This document shows, in pieces, positions 33,396-44,596 of a DNA stretch of 64,000 bases. Where the stretch lies: the NCBI GenBank assembly GCA_964643725.1, contig CAZXTL010000002.1, positions 5,574-69,573 of the forward strand. Reading direction: 5' to 3'. The notes under the pieces were generated by a model. The model was not told where the DNA came from. It was given only the letters and a program-made list of their open reading frames with translations, and searched no databases. Position 1 is the stretch's first letter. Every line of letters begins with the position of its first letter. The stretch is from an uncultured Candidatus Marinamargulisbacteria bacterium (lineage in GTDB: Bacteria > Margulisbacteria > Riflemargulisbacteria > GWF2-35-9 > DYQY01). The translations under genes and the position numbers were made by a program.

Positions 33396-34357
33396 AAACT
33401 CTCTGCGTATTCTTTTACAGTCTTTCTTATTTCTGCAATTTGCAACTCAATATCAGTTAATGGCAAAGTTGCTCCAGAAGCACCAGGATGTCCCCCACCT
33501 CCGAATTTACCTGCAAGTTCTCTGACACTTAAGGTTTTGTCCTTAGAACGAAAGCTAATCTTAACCTTATCTTCTACTCTTCTAACTAATACAGCAACTT
33601 TGACGCCTTTAATTGCTCTTATCTGATCGATTAACCCTTCAGTTAACCCAGCGTTATCATCTATATAAGAAAATGCTACTCCATTACCGAAGAACTCAAC
33701 ATTACGAATAGCCTCTGCCAGTAACTGTAGTTTATTTAAGGAAACCTCTTCATATAAACCTTGAACTATCTTAAAATAAGTTTCCATTCCACAAATAGCC
33801 ATTATCTCTGAAATAATAAGAAATAAAGCTGGATGCGTATTCACAAACTGAAATCTTCCAGTATCTGCGATTATTGCAGTCAACGTCGCTTTTGCAGTTA
33901 AAGCATCAGGTTTCCAGGCAAGTTTTTTAAATAAATCATAAACAACTTCACCAGTTGCCGAGGCTTCTTTTACAATATTTAAACTACCAAAAGAATTATT
34001 GTCACCATGATGATCTATATTTACTATATGTTGAAAAGAATGGAAATAGCTCTTAAGTGCCCCAACTCTATCTGGATTGCTACTATCAAGAACAATAAGT
34101 AACTCTGCCCCAAAATTAGTTATCTGGTCTTCACTTATTCGTTTATCAGCAAACCCAGGCAATAACTCATTCCACAATTCTTCATCTAAATTACTAAAAC
34201 AAAACCGATATTCTTTGCCAATAGAATTCAAATATCCGCAAAATGCGTATAAAGAACCAACCGCATCCCCATCAGGGAAATCATGTGTTAAAAGCAAGAT
34301 CTTAGAAGATTGAGAAATAACTTCTTTAAGTTCGTCTATCTCTTTTCTAGTGATCAT
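33392..34357 (-). CDS. nrnA: DHH-family phosphoesterase (NrnA-like oligoribonuclease / pAp phosphatase)
   Basis: 321 aa; DHH motifs (…HDFPDGDAVGS…, …NIDHHG…) and DHHA1 GGGH (…FGGGGHPGASG…). Confidence 0.85.
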   Translation of the reverse strand: MITRKEIDELKEVISQSSKILLLTHDFPDGDAVGSLYAFCGYLNSIGKEYRFCFSNLDEELWNELLPGFADKRISEDQITNFGAELLIVLDSSNPDRVGALKSYFHSFQHIVNIDHHGDNNSFGSLNIVKEASATGEVVYDLFKKLAWKPDALTAKATLTAIIADTGRFQFVNTHPALFLIISEIMAICGMETYFKIVQGLYEEVSLNKLQLLAEAIRNVEFFGNGVAFSYIDDNAGLTEGLIDQIRAIKGVKVAVLVRRVEDKVKISFRSKDKTLSVRELAGKFGGGGHPGASGATLPLTDIELQIAEIRKTVKEYAESF

Positions 34358-34713
34358 TAAAAATTCTCCTCTGGTTTCTCCTCGGGGACATCTAATGCAT
34401 TAATTTTTTCAATTAATGTTGTACCATTTTTTACGGATTCATCTATCAGAAAAGTTAATTCAGGAACCTTTCTTAACTTCAAAAGTTTTGCTAATCTACC
34501 TCTAATAAAGCCTTTTGCATTATTTATTTTCTCGAAATCTTTATTGGGATGCTTGGAGAAAAAACTGATATATATTTTGGCATAATAACTGTCTCTTGAA
34601 AGCTCCACATAAGGGATACTAAATAACTGAACACTGTCTTTGAGTTCTCTACTGATTACATCTGAAACGATTCTCTTGATCTCTTCAGCTACACGAACGT
34701 GTCTTTCAACCAT
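34357..34713 (-). CDS. rbfA: Ribosome-binding factor A
   Basis: 118 aa; KH-like RbfA; conserved position downstream of infB. Confidence 0.85.
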   Translation of the reverse strand: MVERHVRVAEEIKRIVSDVISRELKDSVQLFSIPYVELSRDSYYAKIYISFFSKHPNKDFEKINNAKGFIRGRLAKLLKLRKVPELTFLIDESVKNGTTLIEKINALDVPEEKPEENF

Positions 34714-34717
34714 AATG

Positions 34718-36757
34718 CTATAGAGGTTTTACCTCTTTTAAGGTAAATACTTTTATTAAGTCACCTTCAATATAATCTTCAAATCCATCAATAACAATAC
34801 CACACTCAAACCCATTAGAAACTTCTCTTACATCATCCTTAAATCTCTTCAAGGAATCCAAGCTTCCATCATAAATTAAAGTATTACCACGATAAATCTC
34901 TAAATCATTACCTCTAACAACTTTACCTTGAGTAATAAAACATCCAGCAATAGCTCCAACTTTAGAAAACTTAAATAGCTGCCTTACTTCTGCAGTACCA
35001 GTAAGCTCTTTTGCAAAAACTGGTTTTATCATACCTTTTGCAGTTGATTCAATATCCTCTAACAATTTATAAATAATGCTATATAGCTTTATAACAACAC
35101 CTTCGTCTTCTGCCTTAGCTTTAATCTCAATTGGAACTCCAACGTGAAAGCCCATAATAATTGCGTGAGACGCATTGGCAAGCATAACATCTGACTCAGT
35201 GATAAGACCGATTGCACTATGTACAACGTGGATATTAGCATCTAATAAATCTATTTTATTAATTGACCCTAAAATAGCTTCCATGGAACCTTGCGCATCT
35301 GCTTTTATAATCAAATTAAGAGTTGTCATCTCTCCTGCATTAATTTTTCTGGAAAACTCATCTAAACTAACTGTCTTCTTCTGTTGTCTCTTAAGATCAA
35401 TCAGCTCGTCAGCCCTGCTTGTAGCTATTCTCTTTGCTTCTTTATCAGTATTTACTACCTGCATAACATCTCCAACTCCAGGAACATCTGAAAGACCAAG
35501 AATCATTACAGGAGTTGAAGGACCTGCTTCTTTAATCTTATTCCCTTTATCATCAATAAGCGCACGTATCTTTCCATGAACTGGACCAATAACAAACGGA
35601 TTCCCAACTCTTAGTGTACCGCTTTTAACTAGTACCGTAGCAATTGGACCTGTATTCTTTGATAAATTTGCTTCTAATATTATGCCTGTTGCCTTTTTAT
35701 GAGGATTAGCCTTAAGTTCTTCTGTTTCTGCAACCAAAAGCACCATCTCTAAAAACTCTTCAATTCCTGTTCTTTCTTTAGCAGAAATATTTACAAAAAT
35801 ATTATTACCACCCCAATCTTCAGGGATAATATTAAAATCAGCTAACTGCTGCTTAACCCTATCGGGATTAGCATCTGGTTTGTCCATCTTGTTTATAGCA
35901 ACTATAATCGGAACCTTTGCTGATTGAGCATGATGAATTGCTTCTTTAGTCTGAGGCATTACTCCATCATCAGCAGCTACTACTAAAACAACAATATCTG
36001 TTACATTAGCGCCTCTTGCACGTATTTCAGTAAAGGCTTCATGGCCAGGAGTATCGATAAAAGTTATCATTTTACTATTAATCTCTACCTGATAAGCACC
36101 AATATGTTGGGTTATTCCACCTGATTCACCATCTACAACGTTTGTTTTTCTAATAGCATCAAGTAATTTAGTCTTACCATGGTCAACGTGTCCCATTACA
36201 GTAACTACTGGTGGTCTTTCTTTTAAAAATCTCTCATCTTCATCTATTTCTAAAAGATATATTTCTTCTCTTCTTTGCTGTTTCTTCTGAGACGTATCTG
36301 AGCTTTGTTGCTCAAGAACAATATTGAATTCTTGTGCCATCTCAGATGCTAACTCAAGATCAATGCTTTGGTTAAGATTAAGCATCATCCCCTTTTGTAA
36401 AATTAAAGTCATAACTTGCTTTAAAGGGATATCAATAAGATCACAAAACTCTTTAACAGTTAAGCTGTCCTTATTAACAATAACTATTCTTATTTCTGGG
36501 GCTGGGGCAACATCTTCTTTTGTAACAATTACTTTCTCTTCCAAAGCTACAGGAGCCTGAACTGGAAGAACAACTTCTTCCTTCTGTTCTTCTACTTTAG
36601 GTAGCTTAAGGTCATCAAGATACTTGATTGCTTTCTTTATATCGTCATCGTGTAGCACAGAGGCGTGACTCTTTACTTCTATTCCTACTTTAGACAAAAC
36701 ACCTATTAGTGCCTTGGTAGTAAGTTCTAACTCTTTTGCAACCTCATGTACTCTCAA
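34718..36757 (-). CDS. infB: Translation initiation factor IF-2
   Basis: 679 aa; G-domain [21 protein letters not shown]; operon position after nusA. Confidence 0.97.
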   Translation of the reverse strand: MRVHEVAKELELTTKALIGVLSKVGIEVKSHASVLHDDDIKKAIKYLDDLKLPKVEEQKEEVVLPVQAPVALEEKVIVTKEDVAPAPEIRIVIVNKDSLTVKEFCDLIDIPLKQVMTLILQKGMMLNLNQSIDLELASEMAQEFNIVLEQQSSDTSQKKQQRREEIYLLEIDEDERFLKERPPVVTVMGHVDHGKTKLLDAIRKTNVVDGESGGITQHIGAYQVEINSKMITFIDTPGHEAFTEIRARGANVTDIVVLVVAADDGVMPQTKEAIHHAQSAKVPIIVAINKMDKPDANPDRVKQQLADFNIIPEDWGGNNIFVNISAKERTGIEEFLEMVLLVAETEELKANPHKKATGIILEANLSKNTGPIATVLVKSGTLRVGNPFVIGPVHGKIRALIDDKGNKIKEAGPSTPVMILGLSDVPGVGDVMQVVNTDKEAKRIATSRADELIDLKRQQKKTVSLDEFSRKINAGEMTTLNLIIKADAQGSMEAILGSINKIDLLDANIHVVHSAIGLITESDVMLANASHAIIMGFHVGVPIEIKAKAEDEGVVIKLYSIIYKLLEDIESTAKGMIKPVFAKELTGTAEVRQLFKFSKVGAIAGCFITQGKVVRGNDLEIYRGNTLIYDGSLDSLKRFKDDVREVSNGFECGIVIDGFEDYIEGDLIKVFTLKEVKPL

Positions 36758-36883
36758 AACAATAACTCCTTTACCTCTCTCGCTGTAACAAACAATATCT
36801 TCATAACATCTTTCTTGTCAGCACCCTCTCCATCACAATAGTGACGGAGAGGATTTACAAATTATATTTTCTTTACTAATAAG

Positions 36884-38182
36884 TTACAAACTTTCTTTAA
36901 CCTTATCAAATATCTCCAAGTCTATATTACTAGTTGAACTTTTAACTTTAAAGCCTAGTGCTTCAAGCTTAGCAAGGAAATCATTAACATCCATCCCTAA
37001 ACTAAGTGCAGCTTCGTTAACCTTAATCTTTTTTGATTCTTCATGTTCTGGATTAATAGCATCTGACTTTATACCTTGATCATCAGCTATTACCTCTTGA
37101 GCATTGTTCTTTTCTGCCATTAACTTTTCAAGTAAATTGGACTCCATGTCACCTTTTTTGATAACATCAATACTCCAACCAACAAGCTTAGAAGCAAGCC
37201 TTACATTTAAACCACCTTTACCAATAGCTAGAGATAATTGTTCTTCATCTACTAAAGCTCTTGCTTTACGAGAGTCTCTATCAATTATTTCTACTTTGGC
37301 AACAGATGCAGGTTTTAGAGAATTAGCGATAAACACTTCTGGATCATCACTCCATTCAATAATATCTACTTTTTCACCGTTAATTTCCTTAAGAATAGTC
37401 TGAATCCTTGCACCCATTCTACCAACACAAGTACCAACAGCACCAACTGATTCATCATTAGATTTAACAGCTATCTTTGTTCTATATCCTGCTTTCCTAG
37501 AGATTGCCTTAATCTCAATAACACCTTGAGATATCTCTGGAACTTCTAGTTCAAACATCTTTTGAACAAACCCTTCATGTGATCTTGAAACAATTACTTC
37601 AGGACCCCTGTTTGTCTTTACTATCTCTACAAAAAATAACTTAATTCTGTCTTTTATTCTATATTCTTCTCCAGGAATCTGGTTCCTGACATCAAGGATT
37701 GCTTCTGTTCTTCCAAGATTTATAAGATAATTCTTACCTTCTTTTCTCTGAACCACACCAATAATAAGATTACCAATTCTGTCCTTATATTCTTCAAAAA
37801 TTGAGTTCTTTTCGCTCTCAATAATTCTTTGCATAATAACTTGTTTTGCTTTTTGGGCAGCGATTCTTCCAAATTCAGGAGGATTAAAAGCTATTTCAAT
37901 ATCCTGTCCATTCTTTACTTTTGGATCATACTCTTTAGCTTCTTTTAAAGAGATCTCAAACATTGGGTCTTCAACTGTTTTAACTACAGTCTTTGTAACA
38001 AATATCTGACATTCTCCTTCTTTTTCATCCAAAACTGCTTTTAAATTCTCTTCAGTACCATGATATCTTTTTGCAGCAACGATTAAAGCGTCTTTAATTG
38101 CTTGTAAAACGTCTTCCTTTGGTATACCTCTTTCAGCTTGTATCTGGTTTACTACTTCATGCAAACCGGGTATTTTTATCAT
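36884..38182 (-). CDS. nusA: Transcription termination/antitermination factor NusA
   Basis: 432 aa; N-terminal domain, S1 and two KH domains, and an acidic C-terminal region. Confidence 0.95.
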   Translation of the reverse strand: MIKIPGLHEVVNQIQAERGIPKEDVLQAIKDALIVAAKRYHGTEENLKAVLDEKEGECQIFVTKTVVKTVEDPMFEISLKEAKEYDPKVKNGQDIEIAFNPPEFGRIAAQKAKQVIMQRIIESEKNSIFEEYKDRIGNLIIGVVQRKEGKNYLINLGRTEAILDVRNQIPGEEYRIKDRIKLFFVEIVKTNRGPEVIVSRSHEGFVQKMFELEVPEISQGVIEIKAISRKAGYRTKIAVKSNDESVGAVGTCVGRMGARIQTILKEINGEKVDIIEWSDDPEVFIANSLKPASVAKVEIIDRDSRKARALVDEEQLSLAIGKGGLNVRLASKLVGWSIDVIKKGDMESNLLEKLMAEKNNAQEVIADDQGIKSDAINPEHEESKKIKVNEAALSLGMDVNDFLAKLEALGFKVKSSTSNIDLEIFDKVKESL

Positions 38183-38211
38183 TTCTATGCTCCTTATTTC
38201 TCTTTATAAAA

Positions 38212-38238
38212 TAAAAAAAGTGGGAAAGCCCACCTTTT
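38212..38238 (-). terminator. Intrinsic terminator after comEC
   Basis: On the minus strand: GTGGG-CTTT-CCCAC followed by TTTTTTTATTTT; immediately downstream of the comEC stop. Confidence 0.55.
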
Positions 38239-38289
38239 CTTACAGCTAAAATATTATATAACGTTATACGACTTACTACAAGATTTCAT

Positions 38290-40239
38290 TTAAATGGCCC
38301 GATATATATGATACTTGCCCCTATTCTTAAAAATTCCAACAACCCCGCGTTTACTAGAAACCACCTGTCCCTTTGAATCTTTACAAGGCAAAAGAATAAG
38401 GTCTGCTCCGCTCGCTAATAACTTATTATTTACTTTCTTATTATTTGGCAAATACAAAATTCCATCAACTTTGTTTACAGGCACCCCATGAACAATAATA
38501 GTTACTTTAACTTCATCATCCTGAAACACTATGATATCCTCCATTTTATTAATGTGTATTCCACCAATTGCAAGGCTGGAATTGCCTTTCATTGCTACCA
38601 TCTTCCCCTTATCTTCTATGGCTTGCAGATTAACAATCACCGAAGGTTGTGTAAGTGTCCTCCTTAAAACTTTCTTCTGATTTTCCTTATCTTCAGCCGA
38701 AACAAGCATCACTGTTTTATCCTTATTTATATATAATACCGAAAACCAATTCTTCTTATTATAAAAAAATATCTCACGTTCAGGTTTTTGCGAAATAAAC
38801 CAAAAATTAATCAAAACTACAATTATTAATATCGTCAACCAAGATGACCAATACTTTCTAAACACTTCCTTCCGATAAAATAACGCAAAGAAAAACAAAT
38901 AATAAACAAATAAATTAATAACAAAGGTATGTCTAAAATATAGACTTCTCCCTGGAAATGAATATAAAATATCAGCAACAGTTTTCATGATTACCAATAA
39001 TCCAAACGTAAACTTAAGAACAGGAACAGACAATAAAGTACAAGTCACAGAAAGTAACATTCCGAAGAATCCCACAATAACAACTACTTCCACAATTGGA
39101 GCAAATATCATATTTGCAAACAGCGCAAGCACATCAAACCTGCCATTTATCAAAAATATAATAGGCGCTGTAGTTAGAATTGGGCCTAAGGATACTCCAA
39201 GTGGATCTTTAAGAAACTCAGGGATACAATCGTTATCCTCAAACATTTTCTGAATACGAGGGGAAATCTCTACGACCGCAAAAGTTGCACAAAAAGAAAG
39301 AATAAAACTAAGAGAGAAAAGCATACCTGGAGAAAAAATAAGCATAATTATTCCAGTAAGTGCCAGTACCTGTAGAGCTGTTTTCGACCTGTTATCATAG
39401 TTTAAAAAAATAGTTATCTGCATCATGATAACTGCTCTTAAAACAGAAATATCTCCACCAACAAAAAGCAAAAAGATACAATTGAAAAAGAGTACAATTA
39501 GAAAATTAGCAGTTTTTGGTAGTTTAAATACCACTAATAACTTAAGCAGTACACTTGTGAGCAAGGCAACTTGAGCGCCAGAGACAACAAGCATATGCAA
39601 TAACCCTAGATTAAGAAAAACATCTTGAAGGTCACTATCCAAATCAATGCCATTAACTCCTATTAGTAAGCCAATCAGAAAATTGGCATAATACTCTGGA
39701 AGCTGCTGTTTCACATTTATAATAATCCTAGTCTTAATATCAAATATCCAAGCTAGCTTACTATCCTTAATTTTAATAATTTGCCTAGGAAACACTGTAG
39801 CAAAAGGTCTTGTTAATAAATCCAACCTGCTACTTCCTGTTTCTGAAGTTAGTTTGCCATCTACTTTTACTATATCTCCAACTACTAAATCAGGTGACTC
39901 TTTATAGACTATAATTTCCTTACCAGAAAAAGTTTTATCTTTAATTATCTTAGCTAAAAAGCCATAGCTATAGGTCTTAGTAACTTTACCTTCTAATCTA
40001 ACTTCTTTTGTCGAATTAGAAGCCTCCTTCAAAGAAACTTCTTTTATTTGAATTAAACTAAAAGTGTATATAAAAAAAATAAAGAACCAGACGCTCAACC
40101 AAAAGAGGAACTTATATTCCTTTCTTTTATAAATAAATAAACTTACCCCAACCAATAGAACCATAAATCCGACAATTAATGGCGAATAAACAGCTGCTAC
40201 TATGGCAATAATTATTGTTACAAATATAACAACCAACAT
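38290..40239 (-). CDS. comEC: Competence protein ComEC/Rec2 (DNA internalisation channel)
   Basis: 649 aa. N-terminal TM helices plus an OB-like DUF4131 region; competence-domain signature …LHMLVVSGAQVALLTSV…; many TM segments; the C-terminal metallo-beta-lactamase-like region appears reduced. Confidence 0.8.
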   Translation of the reverse strand: MLVVIFVTIIIAIVAAVYSPLIVGFMVLLVGVSLFIYKRKEYKFLFWLSVWFFIFFIYTFSLIQIKEVSLKEASNSTKEVRLEGKVTKTYSYGFLAKIIKDKTFSGKEIIVYKESPDLVVGDIVKVDGKLTSETGSSRLDLLTRPFATVFPRQIIKIKDSKLAWIFDIKTRIIINVKQQLPEYYANFLIGLLIGVNGIDLDSDLQDVFLNLGLLHMLVVSGAQVALLTSVLLKLLVVFKLPKTANFLIVLFFNCIFLLFVGGDISVLRAVIMMQITIFLNYDNRSKTALQVLALTGIIMLIFSPGMLFSLSFILSFCATFAVVEISPRIQKMFEDNDCIPEFLKDPLGVSLGPILTTAPIIFLINGRFDVLALFANMIFAPIVEVVVIVGFFGMLLSVTCTLLSVPVLKFTFGLLVIMKTVADILYSFPGRSLYFRHTFVINLFVYYLFFFALFYRKEVFRKYWSSWLTILIIVVLINFWFISQKPEREIFFYNKKNWFSVLYINKDKTVMLVSAEDKENQKKVLRRTLTQPSVIVNLQAIEDKGKMVAMKGNSSLAIGGIHINKMEDIIVFQDDEVKVTIIVHGVPVNKVDGILYLPNNKKVNNKLLASGADLILLPCKDSKGQVVSSKRGVVGIFKNRGKYHIYRAI

Positions 40240-40408
40240 GCTCCAACAATACCACTCAGCATATTATTACGTCAAATATTAATATAGTAAAATAAATAAC
40301 GTATTATTATAAGTGTCCTCCCGACCAACGTGGAGGGATCTCTCGACTACACTCGAGATGACATGGAAATGATGACGTAAAAATATAAAATGATATAATT
40401 GGCATGAT

Positions 40409-41113
40409 ATGAAAAAAGATGACATCTACTCTAAACCAATGAATCCGTTACCAGCGTTTTCCTTTAATGAGAATGTAGCAGAAGTTTTTGATGACATGAT
40501 TTCTAGATCAGTACCCTGCTATAAAGAAACGCAAATGCTAATTGCCAACGCTATCCTAAGTTTCTATAAAGAAGGTAGCACGGTCTATGACCTTGGTTGT
40601 TCAACCGGCGAAACATTTAAAACTCTCTCAAATATGTCTGACAAACAAATAAAAATGATTGGGATAGATTACTCGCTACCAATGATAGAAAAAGCTAAAC
40701 AAAAATGCAAAGACCTTAAGAACATACAATTCATCCATGAAGATGTTTTAAATATTGAATACAGCAACTCCTCGGTTGTTGTCCTTAATTACCTTTTGCA
40801 ATTCATGACAATCACCAACAGAGTAGAACTACTTAAAAAACTAAAAAATTCACTTGTCCTAAATGGTGCGGTTATTATCTTCGAAAAAATAATAAGTAAG
40901 GAATTTAAAGATGATTTTATAAGTATTCATGAACTTTTTAAAGAACAACAAGGATACAGCAAAATGGAGATTAAACAAAAAAGGGAAGCACTGGAAAATG
41001 TACTAATTCCTTTAACTTACGAAGAAAATAAAAAACTCATTCAAGACGCTGGATTTACGAAAGTTGAAAAATGTTTTCAATACCTAAACTTCTGCGGAAT
41101 ACTTTGTAGCTAA
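40409..41113 (+). CDS. cmoA: Carboxy-S-adenosyl-L-methionine synthase (CmoA-like)
   Basis: 234 aa. Block-for-block similar to E. coli CmoA: [20 protein letters not shown] vs [29 protein letters not shown] vs VYDLGCSLG; and the C-terminal …[11 protein letters not shown]. Confidence 0.85.
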   Translation: [234 protein letters not shown]

Positions 41114-41748
41114 ATAGATTCGTACATATAAACCTTGGGAACTCCTGTCTCCCTTGGAACTAACCAATCAGAATTGTCTTGTAAGACATCCTCATATCTA
41201 TTAACTCTTAGAATAAGTCTGATTTTCCTAGGGTTCTCAATCAAACTATCCTTTATATTATTTAGCAATGCCCTTGCTTTATCGTGACTAAAAGGAAAAT
41301 ACAAATAAAAAATTGTTTCATTTGTAGGCTTATATGAAAGAATATCACCCTCAAACAATGTTGCTGACTCTAATTGACTCATAAACTTATTTATATTTTT
41401 ATTTGCTACATCCAAAACATTACCATCAACATCAACGCCAACTACATGCTTTAATCCAGCCAATATGGCCATCAGAAGAATTCTTCCCTTCCCACAACCT
41501 ATATCCACGAACACTTCCTTACTATTAATTAATCCTTCCTGCTTTAAAAACATAAAAAGCTGAGCCAACCTAATGTATGGTGTAGGCAAATAAAGCATAT
41601 CATCAGAGTCCATTTGCCTGTCTGGCATAATATAATCTTCATCGCCAGTATCTATTCCTAGACTTTTATCCCAGTCGTTATCAGAAATATCGCCCAAGCT
41701 CATATGTTGCAAAATATTCAATTCCATCGATATTAATTTAAAGTTCAT
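41110..41748 (-). CDS. Class I SAM-dependent methyltransferase, unknown substrate
   Basis: 212 aa; motif I VFVDIGCGKGR, post-I acidic D (GVDVD); convergent overlap with the cmoA stop. Confidence 0.7.
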   Translation of the reverse strand: MNFKLISMELNILQHMSLGDISDNDWDKSLGIDTGDEDYIMPDRQMDSDDMLYLPTPYIRLAQLFMFLKQEGLINSKEVFVDIGCGKGRILLMAILAGLKHVVGVDVDGNVLDVANKNINKFMSQLESATLFEGDILSYKPTNETIFYLYFPFSHDKARALLNNIKDSLIENPRKIRLILRVNRYEDVLQDNSDWLVPRETGVPKVYMYESI

Positions 41749-41817
41749 ATCAATTTATCGAAAGAACATTTCAAATTTCCTATATATTTAGAAATAATAA
41801 AATGATATATTTGAGAC

Positions 41818-43203
41818 ATGTCTATACTATTTATTTTCACACAAACAAACAAACCAAAGGACTACATTCAAACACACCCCCCTCTTGGAATTAGTTACTT
41901 AATCTCATACTTAAAAAGCAAAGGGCTATCACCATATGGAATTGACCTTTTAATAGATAAGGAAGAAACTATTTATAAAACTATTTCTGAAAAAAATATT
42001 GAATTCGTTTCTCTTTCAGTTTGCTTTGGAACAATCGAACACACAATCGAATTATCCAAAACCATAAAAACAAAATACCCTTATATTAAAATAATTTGGG
42101 GTGGCCCTCATGTTGAATTTTTATTAGATCATTTAAAACAAAGCTATCTAGACTATATTGTTTTTGGAGAAGGAGAAGAACCATTATATAAATTATTAAC
42201 TACTATAAATACCTATGATTTTAACCCTTATAGCATTCCAAACATTGCTTTTAACTATAACAATCAAATCCTTCAAACACCAAGAGAAAAGCCAACACAT
42301 ACACTAGACTCTCTTCCCTTTCCAGACAGAGAATGGGTTGACATCAAAAAGTATTTCAAACCACTCTCTCCAAAATCTTGCTATATTATCGGAAGTCGAT
42401 ATTGTCCCCACTCCTGTAGTTTTTGCATAAATTCTTGCAACAACAATCCATTTAGAGCTAGGTCTATTGCTAACATCATGGAAGAGGTAAGATTTATTAA
42501 AAAAAACTATCCTATGTATAAGCGATTTTCATTTGTTGATGAAACACTTAACCATTCAAAAGATAGATTAATCGAATTCTGTACTGCTATAAAAAAAGAA
42601 AACGTTGAGTGGCATAGTAATATCCGTGTTGATGACTATATGGCAGATAAAGAAATTATTAGTTTAATGAAATCTTCAGGCAACAATTTTATTGAAATTG
42701 GCATAGAAAGTGGTTCTCAGCTAATACTAAACATGAACAACAAAAACATTTCACTTGATAAGGTAAAGGAATTCTTATCCATCACAACCTCTCTTGATAT
42801 TCCTGTATTATGTAATTTCATGATGCCTCATTTTCAAGACACCCCAGAAACACTTAAACAAACTATAGATTTAATAATATTCATTTCATCTAATTATCTT
42901 ATTCTTCCTGCAACTCTAAGGACTATCGTTCTGCCAACCTTAAAAAATGAACAAATAATAAAAAAATATGGAATTTTCACCTCTAGTACAGGTGCAATAA
43001 TTAAAACAAATAGCATTCCTGATTATTTGATAAACACTTATTTAACTAAAGCAAATGAATGCAGGAAAAACAGTACAATGAGAAATGCCCATAAAATATT
43101 TCTATCTCAAGGATATGATGTTGCTGATGTAATGAAATCATTAAGCACAATGGACTTAAAAAATGACAAAGAACTTAATGATCTCATGTCTGCGTTTCTC
43201 TAA
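41818..43203 (+). CDS. B12-binding-domain radical SAM enzyme (class B rSAM, methyltransferase-like)
   Basis: 461 aa; N-terminal cobalamin-binding-like region ending …IIWGGPHVEF…; CxxxCxxC cluster motif GSRYCPHSCSFCIN. Confidence 0.8.
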   Translation: MSILFIFTQTNKPKDYIQTHPPLGISYLISYLKSKGLSPYGIDLLIDKEETIYKTISEKNIEFVSLSVCFGTIEHTIELSKTIKTKYPYIKIIWGGPHVEFLLDHLKQSYLDYIVFGEGEEPLYKLLTTINTYDFNPYSIPNIAFNYNNQILQTPREKPTHTLDSLPFPDREWVDIKKYFKPLSPKSCYIIGSRYCPHSCSFCINSCNNNPFRARSIANIMEEVRFIKKNYPMYKRFSFVDETLNHSKDRLIEFCTAIKKENVEWHSNIRVDDYMADKEIISLMKSSGNNFIEIGIESGSQLILNMNNKNISLDKVKEFLSITTSLDIPVLCNFMMPHFQDTPETLKQTIDLIIFISSNYLILPATLRTIVLPTLKNEQIIKKYGIFTSSTGAIIKTNSIPDYLINTYLTKANECRKNSTMRNAHKIFLSQGYDVADVMKSLSTMDLKNDKELNDLMSAFL

Positions 43204-43208
43204 AAAAT

Positions 43209-44042
43209 ATGATTGAACTATTGCATCGTGATTCCATTTACCTTACCAATGATACTCGTAAAAACAGGTGGGCTATTCCCTACTCTCATGAAGCCACAAA
43301 TGCCAGAGCCGACATTTTGCTTCACCAAAACAAACAATACATTGAAAACAAAAAAATTCTTGATTTAGGTTGCCATTTTGGGACAATGGCATATATCAGC
43401 TCAAAACTAAATGCCAAAAATATATTAGGTGTTGATGGAGATTCCTCCCTTATAAAACAAGCCAAAAACTTTCAAAAGGAAGTTGATTTACAAAATGCTG
43501 AGTTTATTAAAAATGATGTTATTGAGTTTCTAACAAATCTAGAAGAAAATTCCTTTGATACGATTCTTTGCTTTGGTTTACTTTACTATATACCTGACAA
43601 TTTTCATCTACTAAAACTAATGAAGAAAGTCGCAAAAGAAGCTATTATTTTGGATACTTTCACTGCCTATTACAATGCTATTCAAGGAAAAGATGGACCA
43701 GCCTTCTTTAATAATCTAGACGAAAAAGCTTTCAACTTACCAATGATGATGCACTCTGTTACTCAAGCTAAAAAACAAAACCTCTATGAATTAGAACAAA
43801 ACTCCTTTAAAACTAACAAAAAGAAAAACCCATTAACGCTGCTTGCTTGCCCTACAAAACCACTATTGGAATTATACTTTCAAGCACTTGAACTTAAATA
43901 TGAACAACTCAATTGGTCAAAATATCTAATAAATCCTAATTTAAGATGGCAAGAAATGGAAACAGCTGGTGCTAAAAAGAAATCTCATTGGAGTGACATC
44001 TATTCAAGCGAAATAAGAGTTAGCTACTTAATAAAAAAGTGA
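43209..44042 (+). CDS. SAM/Cx-SAM-dependent methyltransferase, CmoB-like
   Basis: 277 aa; motif I ILDLGCHFG…ILGVDGD; FDTILCFGLLYYIPDNFHLLKLMK parallels CmoB [24 protein letters not shown]; 5-nt gap from the rSAM gene. Confidence 0.6.
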   Translation: MIELLHRDSIYLTNDTRKNRWAIPYSHEATNARADILLHQNKQYIENKKILDLGCHFGTMAYISSKLNAKNILGVDGDSSLIKQAKNFQKEVDLQNAEFIKNDVIEFLTNLEENSFDTILCFGLLYYIPDNFHLLKLMKKVAKEAIILDTFTAYYNAIQGKDGPAFFNNLDEKAFNLPMMMHSVTQAKKQNLYELEQNSFKTNKKKNPLTLLACPTKPLLELYFQALELKYEQLNWSKYLINPNLRWQEMETAGAKKKSHWSDIYSSEIRVSYLIKK

Positions 44043-44058
44043 GCACCGCTCACTTTTA
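44034..44058 (+). terminator. Intrinsic terminator after the CmoB-like gene
   Basis: AAAAGTGAGC-ACC-GCTCACTTTT: perfect hairpin flanked by an A-run and T-run, overlapping the stop codon. Confidence 0.6.
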
Positions 44059-44242
44059 AAATTCCCCTACTGCTGCCCTAACCCCCTGCAGTCTGACAGC
44101 AGTCCCCTTATCTTTATATATGTACTATGCCCGATACTATATTTTTTAAACCTACTTAATTTCAAAAAGCCTCATCCGCTAAAACTTACTACAATCTATT
44201 AACCAATAATCAAACTACGCACCTTCTCCTAAAAGAGAAGGT

Positions 44243-44596
44243 CTAGCTAGCCATATTTTTAAATTCAAGTACGCTGAAATAACCTGCCAAGTTTTGTCTA
44301 AAATCACGTTTTGCTATAACTGGAGCAAACTCTCTATACTCTAATTCACCATCTAATATACCTAAAATACTCTTTGCATTATCTACTGATGTCCATTTTG
44401 AATTATTAATAACAAATTCCACTCTACAAACATCTTTATCTTTAATAATAAGTTCAAGTTCTTCATCATCAATCTGTTGATTATAAGTGCTAATCTTGTC
44501 TTGCATCTTCTTAAGTACCATCTCATAAACCTCTTTCTTTTCCAGATTAAGTTTATTCATATCTTCTTTAGTTAATACCTTTTGTAACGAACTCAT
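44243..44596 (-). CDS. Hypothetical protein (117 aa), no recognisable domain
   Basis: ORF track starts at 44623. The Met at 44596 (MSSLQKVL…) is preceded by a GGGGGG-TATAAA RBS-like sequence. Charged, probably cytoplasmic. Confidence 0.5.
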   Translation of the reverse strand: MSSLQKVLTKEDMNKLNLEKKEVYEMVLKKMQDKISTYNQQIDDEELELIIKDKDVCRVEFVINNSKWTSVDNAKSILGILDGELEYREFAPVIAKRDFRQNLAGYFSVLEFKNMAS

